Origin: Haliotis rubra
Taxonomy: Eukaryota
Length of the DNA stretch: 64,000 bases
Reading direction: 5' to 3'
NCBI RefSeq assembly: GCF_003918875.1
Contig: NW_025767635.1
Span: 1,302,001-1,366,000, forward strand
In this document: positions 1 through 12,533 of the stretch, piece after piece
Layout of the letters: every line of letters begins with the position of its first letter
Position numbering within the stretch: the first letter of the stretch is position 1
Translations under genes and position numbers: made by a program
The notes under the pieces: generated by a model
What the model was told of the DNA's origin: nothing
Seen by the model: the letters and a program-made list of their open reading frames with translations, nothing else
Databases searched by the model: none

Positions 1-4
1 ATGA

Positions 5-137
5 CACATCATATATATATATATATATCTGTATACACACCCATACTCCTGTCTGCATCCACCCCTACACATCAGATGTATATATATATATCTGTATACA
101 CACCCATACTCCTGTCTGCATCCACCCCTACACATCA
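5..137. repeat. Tandem duplication, ~63-bp unit x2 with (TA)n, at the window edge
   Basis: tatatctgtatacacacccatactcctgtctgcatccacccctacacatcag occurs twice. Confidence 0.85.
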
Positions 138-988
138 GGTATATGTTTCTCTATATATCTGTTTTTCACCAAAGTTACCAAGTTATGCATGGCTAACTAA
201 GTCCCCCTGTACCGAGTCCTTGATGTCATTCATGTCAAAACAGTAGTTCCTGTTTGAAAACACAATCAATAAGTTAATAATCCGATTTCCTCTGAAAATA
301 ATGTACGAGGAAAAGAAAAGAGTCAGCGATTTGATGGGACATAATTTATTTTTAGCCAATGAGAACCCTTGCTCTTTTAAGTGCGGGGCAGGTTAAGGCC
401 AAGGTCATCAATGGTGAACGGGCACGACACAATTCAGTTTGCGATGAATAAATGTATGTAAACTCATGACAGTGAAGATGTAAGTGTCTCCGAAAGAATG
501 GCGACAAGCGCCATCAGTTCAACATGTTTTGGTGCATGTCGTTTGTGTAAACTGTGAAATAAACAAGAAAATGGGTGAGTTACCGCTACAAATTCTGAGC
601 AGGGATTTTGGCTCAGAATCGAGAAATCACGATTTTTCGAGCTTCTGAAGACCCTAGCTCCCAAAGTACTGCTTCGATATTTGTGCTGTATGTCTCATTT
701 TGTAGGTAAATCTATTGGCTTGAAAGGTGTGCATACTTTAAATGGGATAAATACAGTGAGTATTGTTGAATTCGCCCTGAAACGAACCTGGTGTGTTGAC
801 CGCGTTACATCCCTTTCCTTTTATATAGTGATAAGACCCCATCAGTGACAGTATATACCTTGATGGCAGTTTTTAGCGTTACAAGCCCCTGTGATTTCAA
901 ACACAAACTGTTACATCAATATGAAATAGAAACACATTCTGAATATGTGAAACACATACTAAAACAGAACACCAGATTACAATATTGA

Positions 989-1358
989 TACAATATAGAA
1001 CAAACTTTATGGATAACAACTTCTTTTTATTACCGTTGTCAAACATAATGGAACATGAAGAAGGGGAAGTGTAAGTGTGAGAACATACAGTCGTTTTCGA
1101 TACAGATTCTTGTACCGTTGTCAAGCATAATGAAACATGAAGAAGGGGGAAGTGTATATATACTGGATGTAACAATGTAACAAAGAAAACAACATAATTA
1201 ACATAATTGGCTAGGCAGAAAGCTGATGAAGCCAGAGAGTAGCCAAAGGACAGGCGTGGAAGCCAATGATGTTTATACAGCAGAGTTTATACTGTATCGA
1301 AACGTCGCACTCACGAATAAAAAGAAGTTGTTATCCATAAAGTTTGTTCTATATTGTA
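989..1358. mobile_element. Penelope-like element 3'-end fragment (minus) with an inverted copy of its terminus; 43-bp perfect inverted repeat
   Basis: 989-1031 is the exact reverse complement of 1316-1358. The reverse complement of ~1145-1240 resembles the 3' UTR of the PLE at 26300-26397 (ctggcttc..agct..ctgc.tagccaat; tgtt..cagtatatata..tacacttcc). ttatggataacaacttcttt is shared with 25295. Confidence 0.55.
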
Positions 1359-1435
1359 CTTCCCAACTTCTAAAATGCCACTCAAAGAAGGAAATATTGA
1401 TACAGAACGAGTGTACGAGCTTCTACTGCAACGTA

Positions 1436-2936
1436 TACTGAACCACAAAAGAAATGTCGTTTTTCAAAACCAAATGCAAAATTTTGTTCTTGCAAGGTGG
1501 TGTTTTTATTATGATTGTACCGTTTTTGTTTACATGTTTTGCAATCCAAATTGACAGTCATTACTAACATCAGTATGTTTTCTGATGAAAAACGACCAAA
1601 CACACCGGAAAAGGCAGACATGGTAAAAGGTTCCGTATGACATTCGTAGAAATGAAAATGCATGTGCATACTGTGGCAACCCTACCAATGAAAGCGAGTC
1701 CCAATCTCACCTGAAATCATATTTGTTTTGACACAACCACCATGCCACGACTTACGAGAGATCAGAGGAACCACGTCTTGGGACGATTGCAAGCACGGAG
1801 GGTAGCCAATCATTTTAATGTTCATGTTAGGACAATCTACCGACTGCAGGAGCGGTATCAGGTCACTAACAGCAGCCAAGACCATCCATGTAGCGGGTGA
1901 CATTCAGTAACATCGCAACGTAAACACCGACACCGACAGATTGGGTGCCACCATCTTCATGATCACTTCCCCAGAACGACGGAAACCGCACGCCATACTA
2001 TTTGGACTCACAAAAGACCCATCAGTGCCGATTCAGTGCGTCGACGTTTGCACGGAAGAAACCACTGCTGTCACAGATCCTATCGTAGTCCTGTCCTCAC
2101 CGCTCATCACTGCTGAAACACACTCAATGGGCAACTCAGCATCAAATTTGGCGTTATCGACAGTGGAGAACTGTGCTTTTATCTCATGAAAGACAATATT
2201 GTGTTTCGACAGTCGATGGCAGAGTGAGAGTATGGTGAAGGTGTGGGGAACTGTTTTCCAATGAGTGTATTGTTGAAAGAGACTCGTGGGGTGGTCCAAG
2301 CATCATAGTGTGGGGTGCAATCGGTCTGAAGCAGTTAGTTGACTCTGAGGTGTTCCAGAATCTTGGTCCAGGATGAGTAATTGACATGACAGCTGCTCGC
2401 TATATTGACTAAGTCATAAGACCACACGTTGTACCACATTTTGGACGTTACAGAAACCACATCTTCCAGCAAGACAACGGTCGTGCCCACATTGCTAGAG
2501 CAACAATGTACTTCCTAAGACAACGTGGCATCCAAACCCTACAATAGCCTGCACTCAGTCCAGATTGAAGTCCAATAGAACACCTTTGGGACGAGACTCA
2601 AAGAAAGACTGAACTGCGACTGGACTCGATCAGGCATTTCTCAGAGAATGGACTCAAATGCCTCATCAACTGGCTTATTCATTCCATGTACAGACGATGC
2701 AATGCTTTCATCGATGCCCATGGAGGCCACACACGAAACTGACTTTGGGGTACCTTAATGGTGCCATTTTGGGTGATTTTGTTTGTGTGAACTCTAAATG
2801 AGATCCCCGAAAATGTGCTAACCATAATTGTCAAGTTTGAACATAGCCCTTCGTTTTTTTATTGCTGATTAGAGTGAATTAAAGTGTGTGCTTTAAGAAA
2901 CCAGTATCAGTGCGACATTTCTTTTGTGGTTCAGTA
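1436..2936 (+). mobile_element. Full-length but decayed Tc1-family DNA transposon (1501 bp)
   Basis: 24-bp TIRs tactgaaccacaaaagaaatgtcg / cgacatttcttttgtggttcagta; TA TSDs at 1434-35 and 2937-38. Confidence 0.92.
1742..2742 (+). pseudogene. Tc1 (DD34E-type) transposase pseudogene
   Basis: Begins MPRLTRDQR; motifs GGPSIIVWGAI, FQQDNGRAH, SPD*SPIEHLWD and terminal GGHTRN*; multiple stops and frameshifts. Confidence 0.9.
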
Positions 2937-3321
2937 TAGTTAATACAATAAACCTGGCAGCATAGAAACTGTAGTGTCATTGGTGAACATACCACTTTAA
3001 ACGTGACAGCTTTTTGTTTGTTACATAGACCGATGTTTTATGTACCTTCAGCTAAGACACTAGTCCTATATTTAGTATCCCAGCAAAAACACAAGTCCTA
3101 TATTTAGTATCCCAGCTAAGACACTAGTCCTATATTTAGTATCCCAGCTAAGACACTAGTTCTATCCACTCTAAGAAACGAGTTCTATATTAGTATCCAT
3201 GCTACTGGATGGTCCTACAATTAGTATCCTCGCTAAGGTACTAGTCCCATGTTTAGGATCCCATCTTAGACACTAGTCCTATCTTCAGTATTCCAGCTAA
3301 GACACTAGTCCTATATTTAGT

Positions 3322-3747
3322 GCGGAAAATTGTGGGGAAAATTGTAAAACACAGCTCTCGCATTCTTTTTTACAATTTTGAATTCCTTCCATTAGGTCGT
3401 CGTCTGCGCATGCCAATAGCTAGAACAAACAGGTTCTGTCATTCTTTTGTACCAGCCAGTACTCATTATTTTAACAACAGTTAATCTTAAATATTTATAT
3501 TCACCAAAACATCTTACCATCATGTATACCATTTCACACCGCTACGTTTTTTACCTCAACATTTCAGTTCATCATATCCTACTCCTCACCGGTTTTAGTG
3601 CTCTCATCTATTTATTTGTTTACTATCTCAGTGCTTACTGAAATGTGATATGTTGCAATTCCTTGTTTTGTTCTGTCTTATGTGTTTCACGTTGTAACCA
3701 AAATTTCCTTAGGGATAATAAAGTATTATCTTATCTCTCTTATCTTA
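3322..3747 (+). mobile_element. 5'-truncated Rex1/Babar-type LINE 3' end
   Basis: Translates as KIVGKIVKHSSRILFYNFEFLPLGRRLRMPIARTNRFCHSFVPAS, matching the Rex/Babar C-terminal LPSGRR..RTNR..SF.P motif; followed by a 3' UTR with aataaa and a (tatct)n tail. Confidence 0.75.
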
Positions 3748-3780
3748 GTATCTGTGCTAAGACACTAAGTCCTATGTTTA

Positions 3781-4887
3781 AAGTAAGACGAGAAATGTTT
3801 GGAAAATGCTTTTCGGCTTCAATATCAATAGGATGATAAAAGCACATATATGATACACGTACGACTTTACCTAGTTGGATATTAAAGCTCAGATGAAAAA
3901 ATGCACTTGAGGGGTGACTTCACAGGAGGAAATTTTGACGTTTTAACAACATTCGTAAATATTCTAAGTACAAACTGTAGTTTTGAAATACAGACTATAA
4001 TTATTCATATAGCCTCAACTAATTAAATTACATAAATGATTGTAAAAAGTTTTGGTTTATTAACATCTATACATGAAAAAGATGGAACTATAGTAGTAGT
4101 TATGTTTAAAATAATTACTTTAAAAAATCTTAATTCAAATCGCATAGATAATCTTGTTCACCTATAGAAGTTTCACTTCGTGTATGAGCATTGAACTGGC
4201 AACATGCGACTTGATATCTCTGCAGAACAATTAATTTCAAAATTATATCAGTATTTCATACTGGAGAAACAAAGGGGGAAAGCTCTCGTCAGCTATGACA
4301 GGGTTTACTATAGAATGTGTAAAGCCCTTAATTTGACATATAGTCAGGTTTACAAAGTTGTAAACAAATCAGTTACCTCAGGGGTCGTGTCAAAATCAAA
4401 ACCAGGTAGGAAACACAAACTGGATAGCTTTGATAAGGGTGTCATACGCAATGCAGTTTATAACTGTATGAAGGCAAAATCCCACCGATGTGTGCTAAAA
4501 TACAAGATGAGAACAAAAATACAATGAACGTCCTGTTGTATATTTCAGCTAGAGTCCTCCACCTGCAGTGATACTGGCACTTGATATTTTGAGACGGTCC
4601 CTGACATGCACTGCCTGTGCGTTACATAATGCTGTCACCCTGTCTGCCTGCCAGGTGGGTCACAGTATCATTTGTTTCTTAGAAGTGTTTCTACCATTGA
4701 AGATTTTCTAAGTTTTTCGATATTTTACGAGTAATCATTATCATTAGGGAATGGTACATCATGATTACTCATATGCCATATTAGGTCGAGGTGGTATGAA
4801 TGATTATATATGAGTTTTGAATCTGAAATATCAACCATTATCAAATAATTGCCAAAAAGCATTTTCCAAGCATTTCTGGCCTTACTT
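3781..4887 (+). mobile_element. Internally deleted IS630/Tc1/mariner-superfamily DNA transposon
   Basis: ~37-bp imperfect TIRs (aagtaagacgagaaatgtttggaaaatgcttttcggc / gccaaaaagcattttccaagcatttctggccttactt); TA TSD inside the minisatellite. Confidence 0.8.
4204..4527 (+). pseudogene. Truncated N-terminal DNA-binding region of a DDE transposase
   Basis: 107-aa ORF inside the TIR element; YQYFILEK..RVYYRMCKAL..KPGRKHKLDSFDKGVIRNAV resembles transposase HTH plus GRxR-like linker; no catalytic domain. Confidence 0.55.
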
Positions 4888-4941
4888 TAGTATCCTCGCC
4901 AAGACGCTAGTCCTATATTTAGTATCCCACCTAAGGTACTA

Positions 4942-5994
4942 AAGTACTGTCGGAAATAGAAAAAAACTATTTTCTCATTTATCTCTACAATTTATGTAGT
5001 TGATATGTGAAAATATGAAATATCTGTTAAACTAAGTTCGGCATTACTACAGTCTCAGTGGTAGAGAGAAAGGAAATGGAGAAAATGGACTTTACTGAAG
5101 GTAAATTAGTGCAGAAATGAGCAATGCAGGTTTTTTTAAGTCCAAAAAGACTTATTTGGAACAGACAATGGCTTTATGCAAATTAGTGTGCGACGATATT
5201 GTATTACAAAGGACACTTTTTAAATGCCCAATTTGAAATTAGACGTAGATTCATTATAAACGAAAGCTGACGTAGAAAATAATAACTTTTATGCTGAAAC
5301 TATTAAGGATGTAGCTACCATGCAGTCTCACTGTCACTATAAAAAGAAACAGATAGGAGGGGGTCATCTCAAAATCAAAACCTGGGGTCGGGCTGGGGGA
5401 TAGAGATATCAGCTAAGATAAGATAATCCTTTAGGGCAATTATACTGGGGAGGTACACGGCACGTCATAACAATTTACAAATAATATCCAGTCCTATCAA
5501 TCTTCGGGTGACAATGCGGGTGGTCATGCCACCTATATACTACAATGCGTTTCTATGGTTTTCGGGTATCATACTCTTTTACATATCTCAACATAAACGT
5601 TATGAAAGAAAGACACGTAAGATCTTAATCAATAGATGAGGCATAGTCAACACACATGAAAAAGCTCAAAATATCTTTGAGATGATCCGTTGTACCTGTA
5701 GGCAGCACGTGCATTTCATGCCAGGTGAGTCGACGGTCCGTTGTCATACCTGGCTGTTGACCTAATTGCCATCTATAGTCTGATCTATTGTTTTCAGCGG
5801 CTATTCGTATTTTTTCTAAGTTTTGCCCGATTTTACGAGTAAGCATGCTTTTCTTGATATCGTATTACGCATCCCACTGAACGCCAAGTTAGGCCGAAGT
5901 GGGCTATTTCGGCATATGCTATTTGCAATTGCGTAAATTTAAGGGATACAGAGTAACAGTCTAAAAACAATTTTTTCTATTTCCAACAGTACTA
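4942..5994. mobile_element. Non-autonomous TA-targeting DNA transposon related to 3781-4887
   Basis: TIRs agtactgtcggaaatagaaaaaa / ttttttctatttccaacagtact; TA TSD at 4940-41 and 5995-96; shares internal motifs tcaaaatcaaaacc.gg, ttttctaagtttt..attttacgagtaa and ttagg.cga.gtgg with its neighbour. Confidence 0.8.
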
Positions 5995-6020
5995 TAGTCC
6001 TATATTTAGTATCCCAGCTA

Positions 6021-6105
6021 AGAATCTGTACTTTACTGGGAAAGTGCAATCCCAAATATAACATGTGTTACATTTGACCACTTTCTAAATGGCATTGTAT
6101 ATTCA
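6021..6105 (+). mobile_element. 3' fragment of the tRNA-Leu-like SINE family seen at 47520-47863
   Basis: agaatctgtactttact..gaaagtg.aatcccaaatataacatgtgttacatttgaccactttctaaatggcattg matches both arms of that element. Confidence 0.85.
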
Positions 6106-6466
6106 AAAAGTATTTTTCATTTTCCAAAACCCAGGTGATTAGATACTTGTGACAGGAATGTGTCCGCCTATGCTTGGTGATATTTGTATCAAAACAAACC
6201 AGTAGGCAACCAACTAATTATCAACAAGTATTGATTTGAAGAATGCATTGTTTTGAAAATAGGTGAGCCTGTCACCATGACTGGATGAAAAGTTGTCTAC
6301 GTTCTCAGTATTATACTGTATATGTGACGACTTGATGTAAACACATAAAGAAATGATGACAAAATGATAACAATGTTTTCAAAGGGTAACATCAAAGTCA
6401 TCAGATCGCCAGTATAATGTTACTAAACACTGTGGTAAGAGTTCCTCCTGTTCCCCCATCCCAAAT

Positions 6467-7934
6467 AATATTTAGGAGATAAACGTACTGTGTTTGGAAA
6501 ATAGATGAATGTTAGACCGAATTGATAGTCTCTAAATTTCATTTGAAGCCGAACGCATAGTGTGAGGTTTCAAATGATTAATTTAGAGACTATCAATTCG
6601 GTTTAACATTCATCTAATTTCCAAACACAGTATGTTTATCTCCATTCTACCATAACCGATTTAACATCGAACTTCCTCGTCCTGCGGAAGACACAGCATA
6701 ATCCGGCATGGGATGAGAGACGAATTGAACTCGTCTGTGAAGGGAGTGGTAGGTTCCGTTCGAAATTTTTACCATTGCAACATAAAAAATATTCGGTCCA
6801 AAGAAAACAAACTACTGTTTATTCAATGCAATAAAGTAACACCTAAGAGCTTGGTTTTTATAATCATAACTCCACACGACCGAAACCAGCCTATTGTTTT
6901 GTGTGCCGTGTTACTGTACCCCATTGGCCACACTATAATGGAATCGTCTGACCTACTTATTTTCTTGGAAGTAGACAGTTATACAACAGTTTGAAATGGT
7001 GGACGAGCCAGTGTTTACATTTTGCGAAAGGTTGAAATTCGAAGTGACTGTGGAAAATACTTGACTGACTGTCGAACCTGAACCCAGCAGAATCGAAGAA
7101 TAGATCCTTTTCTGATTGACCTATGACCTGTAACTCACCAAAGACTGTTGATTTTTATGACCGGCGAGTGTCTATCATGATTTCACGTACGTGCCTCCAC
7201 CCGGCATGCGACTAAAGAGTGACAGTGCTGCTTTGTGTACATGCGACTAACTTTTAGATTTCTTGGAACATTGTTCTCATCATTGGGACTGGATTGTGGC
7301 CAAGCTTTTCAAAGTGTACGAACATAGCAGTGACAGCTTTGCGGGAAGGTGGCAGAGAGCGGAATTCTCATGGTTCAGTTTTTGACATTTTGAACGATGC
7401 AACGGGACATGATGGAGTATGAGTGGCAAATTTTGTGTTTCGCCTGACCGTTATCTTGTGAATTTCCTATTCTAAACGGAAACAAATATACTATTTACCA
7501 GGTAGGTAAATGTAAATTTGCCGCACAAATAGGGATAGATAGCGATGTATTTTTACAAGGTTTTCTGATTTACATGTTTGATAATGTTTGTTTATGTTTG
7601 GGGCTGTGTATTGTAATTGAGTTTGAGTTAATAAATATGATAGTGAGGTTCCTTAATAATTGTGAGGTTCCCTAATAATTGTGGAGGAGAAATGGTATAA
7701 TTGTATTTTTCGAGTTTTAATAAATGTTTCATCAGCATTTCCATCACGTCGAACTGTTGTGTTGATATTAGTCATGTTGGTGGCCAAGCTGAAGTAGTGC
7801 GGCAGTGTTGTATACGTGCGCAGTGAAGCGCTGTGAAATCAGACGCATTTTCAATCCTAATTGATACCGTCTGATTTTATGGATTGACCAATCAATTTCG
7901 AGCATTTCACGTAGCCATGGTAGAATTATAAATA
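6467..7934 (-). mobile_element. Crypton-like (tyrosine recombinase) element remnant with a terminal hairpin
   Basis: ~170-bp hairpin at 6475-6643; attctacca (6644) is inverted at tggtagaat (7918). Minus strand ~7330-7090 gives frameshifted KLGHN..MMRTM..SRMYT..STVTLL..GVEAR..IM..GHKNQQSLVSY, resembling the YR catalytic His/Tyr region. Confidence 0.6.
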
Positions 7935-9197
7935 TACTAAAATTTATTAACAAAACTTAACACAACAATTACTAGAGAACTCACAAAATGACTAAATGTC
8001 CAAAATTTACGTTTGGGTTAGGTTTAGGGTTAGGTTAATTTAGAGTTTGGTTTAGGGTTGGGGGAACGGAAGGAACTCGTTCCAAAACTGTTCTGTCTGG
8101 ACGCTGATTCATAGTCACTGGATGATGACGAGGAAATTCCGTCCGTTTTTTGTTCTCAACTCGCAACGAAACAACACAACACAACAGGTGGCAAGACGAG
8201 ATAAGAGAAGTGTCGGCAAGTGCTGCCTCCTACCCAGTGCTCATCTTCCCACTGATACAAACATACAGGTACTTGGATCAAACCTGCATCTTTGGCTACC
8301 CCCTATCTCCTCACCTGTTAACACCAGGGACGATGTGTTTTTTCAGCGCGCACCTGTAGCCGGAAATAACCTGAAGCAGGAACAGTAACTCTCGTCGCTT
8401 TGTTTTTATTTACATTCTTTGTGACGTACAGTGGAATAGGTAAAACATCTCACCATTAACACCATGTCTGCACAGAAATGTACCTCAATTCTCCAATATA
8501 TATAACGTCTCATGTATATTTCACCATGTGGTAAAAGTGCCGGGTTAAAAACGGTTAAAATGTTTAAGCATCCATGTGATACAGAGATGTGTTAATGACT
8601 GAATGTTTTCAAACAATCACCCCAGGCTCCCTGCTGCATTGTTGACGTAGTACAATATGGCACTGTTTGCGAAAATCCTAATGTAATGACGTCATGTATC
8701 AGCAATGACTTGGCGCGACTGGTTACGTCATACTTGTCCTCTAATTGCTTCAAGTCGTGATTTTCAACATTAGTTTACATCTCGGCATACAGAGTGCACA
8801 GTAAAGAGATTATTTCGTGTGTGTTTGTTAACAGTGTTTCAGTTTGAGACGTCTATAACAGTATTTGAAGGGACGTCACGTGTGTATTATAAGCCAGTTA
8901 ATAAGGGAACATTCAACAGTATTTCTGTCCAAATCATCAGCGACGTGCAAACAGGTCAATTGCGATGTAACCGCGGTAAAACCCGTCCTTTATTGTGAGC
9001 ATGCCACGAAATCAAAAATGTCATTCACACCCACGACACTGTTCGTCTCTGCTGGTGTCCTTTACGCCAAGAGTCACAAACTGAAGGAAGTAGCAAATGA
9101 AGCGCACGTAAAATATATATGTATATTTTTTATCGCTTTTACACAAAGTACACTCTGACTTCCAAAATAAGCTTGGCCACAGCAAGACGAACGCGTA

Positions 9198-9386
9198 GTC
9201 TCTGAATATATATAATTTTGATAGAAACAAACAATTCAAATAAATCGAAAAGGAGCCCCAGTTAGAAGAAGGGTGATTCAGAACCCGAATCTTAGGAAAT
9301 ATAGATTTGCTTCATATATAGTGCTTTAGCATCGCAGAAAGGGCTCGGCGGATGGGAAAATAATGTGGTTCAGAGACTGTGAGACT
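9198..9386 (+). repeat. ~190-bp dispersed repeat with agtct...agact termini, copy 1
   Basis: Homologous to 15020-15222 (agtctctgaatatatataattttgatag ... taatgtggttcag.gactgtgagac). Confidence 0.75.
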
Positions 9387-9526
9387 GCTAATTATCCGGT
9401 GTCTTAAGTCTCCTCGTGTTCGGAAATAAAAGTGAATATTTGGTTGTGAAATCTATCACAGCACGAACAACAGCAATGTGTTACTCTCCTTAACCAGCGA
9501 TACATCCAGCTAGTTATAGTTGACGC

Positions 9527-10482
9527 TGTTTACTGTATGCCCCAAAGATATATCTCTGGTCGTGTTTACTGTATGCCCCAAAGATATATCTCTGGTCGGG
9601 TTTACTGTATGCCCCAAAGATATATCTCTGGTCGTGTTTACTGTATGCCCCAAAGATATATCTGTGGTAGTGTTTACTGTATGCCCCAAAGGTATATCTG
9701 TGGTAGTGTTTACTGTATGCCCCAAAGGTATATCTGTGGTCGTGTTTACTGTATGCCCCAAAGATATATCTCTGGTCGTGTTTACTGTATGCCCCAAAGA
9801 TATATCTCTGGTAGTGTTTACTGTATGCCCCAAAGATATATCTCTGGTCGTGTTTACTGTATGCCCCAAAGATATATCTGTGGTGTTTCTGTGATATTTA
9901 CTGTATGCCCCAAAGATATATCTCTGGTCGTGTTTACTGTATGCCCCAAAGATATATCTGGTCTGTGTTTACTGTATGCCCCAAAGATATATCTGTGGTC
10001 GTGTTTACTGTATGCCCCAAAGATATATCTGTGGTCGTGTTTTACTGTATATACCTGTGGTCGTGTTTACTGTATGCCCCAAAGATATATCTGTGGTAGT
10101 GTTTACTGTATGCCCCAAAGATATATCTGTGGTAGTGCTTTATCTCTGTATGCCCCAAAGATATATCTGTGGTAGTGTTTACTAGTGCTTTCTGTATGCC
10201 CAAAGGTATATCTGTGGTAGTGTTTACTGTATGCCCCAAAGATATATCTGTGGTAGTGTTTACTGTATGCCCCAAAGATATATTTCTGGTCGTGTTTACT
10301 GTATGCCCCAAAGATATATCTCTGGTCGTGTTTACTGTATGCCCCAAAGATATATCTGTGGTAGTGTTTACTGTATGCCCCAAAGATATATCTGTGGTAG
10401 TGTTTACTGTATGTCCCAAAGGTATATCTGTGGTCGTGTTTACTGTATGCTTGCGTGACTTATTCGTGGTAGTGTTTACTGG
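9527..10482. repeat. 36-bp minisatellite (gtgtttactgtatgccccaaagatatatctctggtc)
   Basis: ~26 tandem units. Confidence 0.95.
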
Positions 10483-10584
10483 ACGCGGCAATGATATCTA
10501 TACTATTTCTGACGATATAACTTACGATATCATTTACCAGATATATATTTGAGTGACAGGTCGATGTTATGTAGAGTGTACTTG

Positions 10585-11147
10585 GCTGACTACAGGTAGG
10601 TGTGATGTAGCAGGGCTGACTACAGGTCAGTGTGATGTAACAGGGCCGACTACAGGTAGGTGTGATGTAGCACCGCTGACTATAGGTCGGTGTGGTGTAG
10701 CAGGGCCGACTACAGTTAAGTGTGATATAGCAGGGCCGACTTCAGGTCGCTGTGATGTAGCAGGGCCGACTACAGGTAGGTGTGATGTAGCAGGGCTGAC
10801 TACAGGTCGGTGTGATGTAGCAGGGCCGACTACAGGTCGGTGTGATGTAGCAGGGCCGACTACAGGTCGGTGTGATGTAGCAGGGCCGACTACAGGTCGG
10901 TCGTATGTAGCAGGACCGACTACAGGTCGGTGTGATGTAGCAGGGCCGACTACAGGTCGGTGTGATGTAGCAGGGCCGACTACAGGTCGGTCGTATGTAG
11001 CAGGACCGACTACAGGTCGGTGTGATGTAGCAGGGCCGACTACAGGTCGGTGTGATGTAGGAGGGCCGACTACAGGTCAGTGTGATGTAGCAGGGCCGAC
11101 TACAGATCAGTGTGATGTAGCAGGACCGACTACAGGTCGGTGTGATA
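10585..11147. repeat. 30-bp minisatellite (gtcggtgtgatgtagcagggccgactacag)
   Basis: ~19 tandem units. Confidence 0.95.
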
Positions 11148-11335
11148 CCGGTCGCATGTTCCTGACAGAAGTCACCATGATTATGCTCCCGTGTTATCAG
11201 CATCACATCCGGTTCCTTGGGTTTCGTAGTATATGTTTAAGACATGTATCAATTTCGGCTATCCACAGGTTGAAAATAGGCTTTTTAGAGATGTGGAAAG
11301 GGAAGGTTGAAAATTAGGTACTGTGTTTGTGAATT

Positions 11336-11506
11336 GGGGAGGTGGGGTAGCCTAGTGATTAAAGCGTTCGCTCGTCACACCGAAGACTCTAGTCGATTCC
11401 CCACATGGGTACAAAGTGTGAAGCGAAGTGTGAAGAATTTCTGGTGTCCCCCGCTGGAATATTGCTAAAGGTGGCGTAAGACTGAACGCACTCACTCACT
11501 CACTCA
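11336..11506 (+). mobile_element. tRNA-derived SINE with an (actc)n tail (family A)
   Basis: A-box tagcctagtg, degenerate B-box gtcgattcc, core tttctggtgtcccc and tail cactcactcactc; further copies at 22995, 31221, 40784, 57650 and 57995. Confidence 0.9.
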
Positions 11507-11859
11507 ATCGTACGCCCTGTCAAAACTGGAATACTGTTAATTTCACCTACTTACAAGCATCAGAAGGCACACAATGAAGAAATATATTCCAGTAATATTC
11601 ACACTTTTAATTATATGTACATATATGACACCATCAAGTTGGTACTCTACAGAAAAGTGCCAAGCTTAGAGCATAAGACTGTAGGCTATAGCATGTTCTA
11701 GAGCCACGAGTTAAAACTTCTCGAAGCTTTAATTACAGGCACTGAATTTGAGACTTTTCCTCTGCCACCCATTATAACACTTCTCCCTGGATATCTCGAG
11801 ACATGTTTTATAGCCACCTCGTGGTCATCAATACTGAGGAGACATTCACTTCCCTGATC

Positions 11860-12030
11860 ATCTCACTTCCGCTTCCGACTCCCCGTCTATCTCACTTCCG
11901 CTTCCGACTCCCCGTCTATCTCGCTTCCGCCTCCGACTCCCCGTTAATCCCAATTCCGCTTCCGACTCCCCGTCTCTCTCACTTCCGCCTACGACTCCCC
12001 GTCTATCTCACTTCCGTCTCCGACTTCCCG
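11860..12030. repeat. 29-bp minisatellite (cacttccgcttccgactccccgtctatct)
   Basis: ~6 tandem units. Confidence 0.9.
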
Positions 12031-12533
12031 TGTATCTCACCTCGAGTTTTGACACAACATTCATCTTACTTCCGTATTTGACACCCTTGTCAAATCACTT
12101 CTGGGGTCGACAGTGCACATATACAAACACAAGGAACACTTGTGCGTGGAGCTCCGCACAGACACAGCGAACGTTTGTATCTAGAGCTCCATACACTATA
12201 ATGATACACACACAACGAGCACTTGTGTGTCCCGCATCCTTCACTGATGCTGTCTTCATTAATAGGGGAGTCATATCGTCTTTCAATGAAACGCAAAAAC
12301 AAATAACAACAGTACCTGATAGCATTAAAGTTGAATCAGTAGTCAATATTTGGCCGTGTCCAACTTCTTACATCACTAGCACCACCGTTAAACACAAACA
12401 CTATTCTGTCTATGCTACTCTGTACGTGGCCAAATACTAACAGGTCCCAACCCCGTCCATCTTCAAGCGACGGTGTACGGGTCAGTAGCGGGAAGCGAAA
12501 TATGAAATGATAAAAGAAACGTATCTTAGTGCG

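Larger units (their letters stand above)
3048..6022. repeat. 32-bp minisatellite (cagctaagacactagtcctatatttagtatcc) split into four blocks by TE insertions
   Basis: Blocks at ~3048-3321, 3745-3780, 4888-4941 and 5995-6022 rejoin into continuous units when the inserts are removed. Confidence 0.85.
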
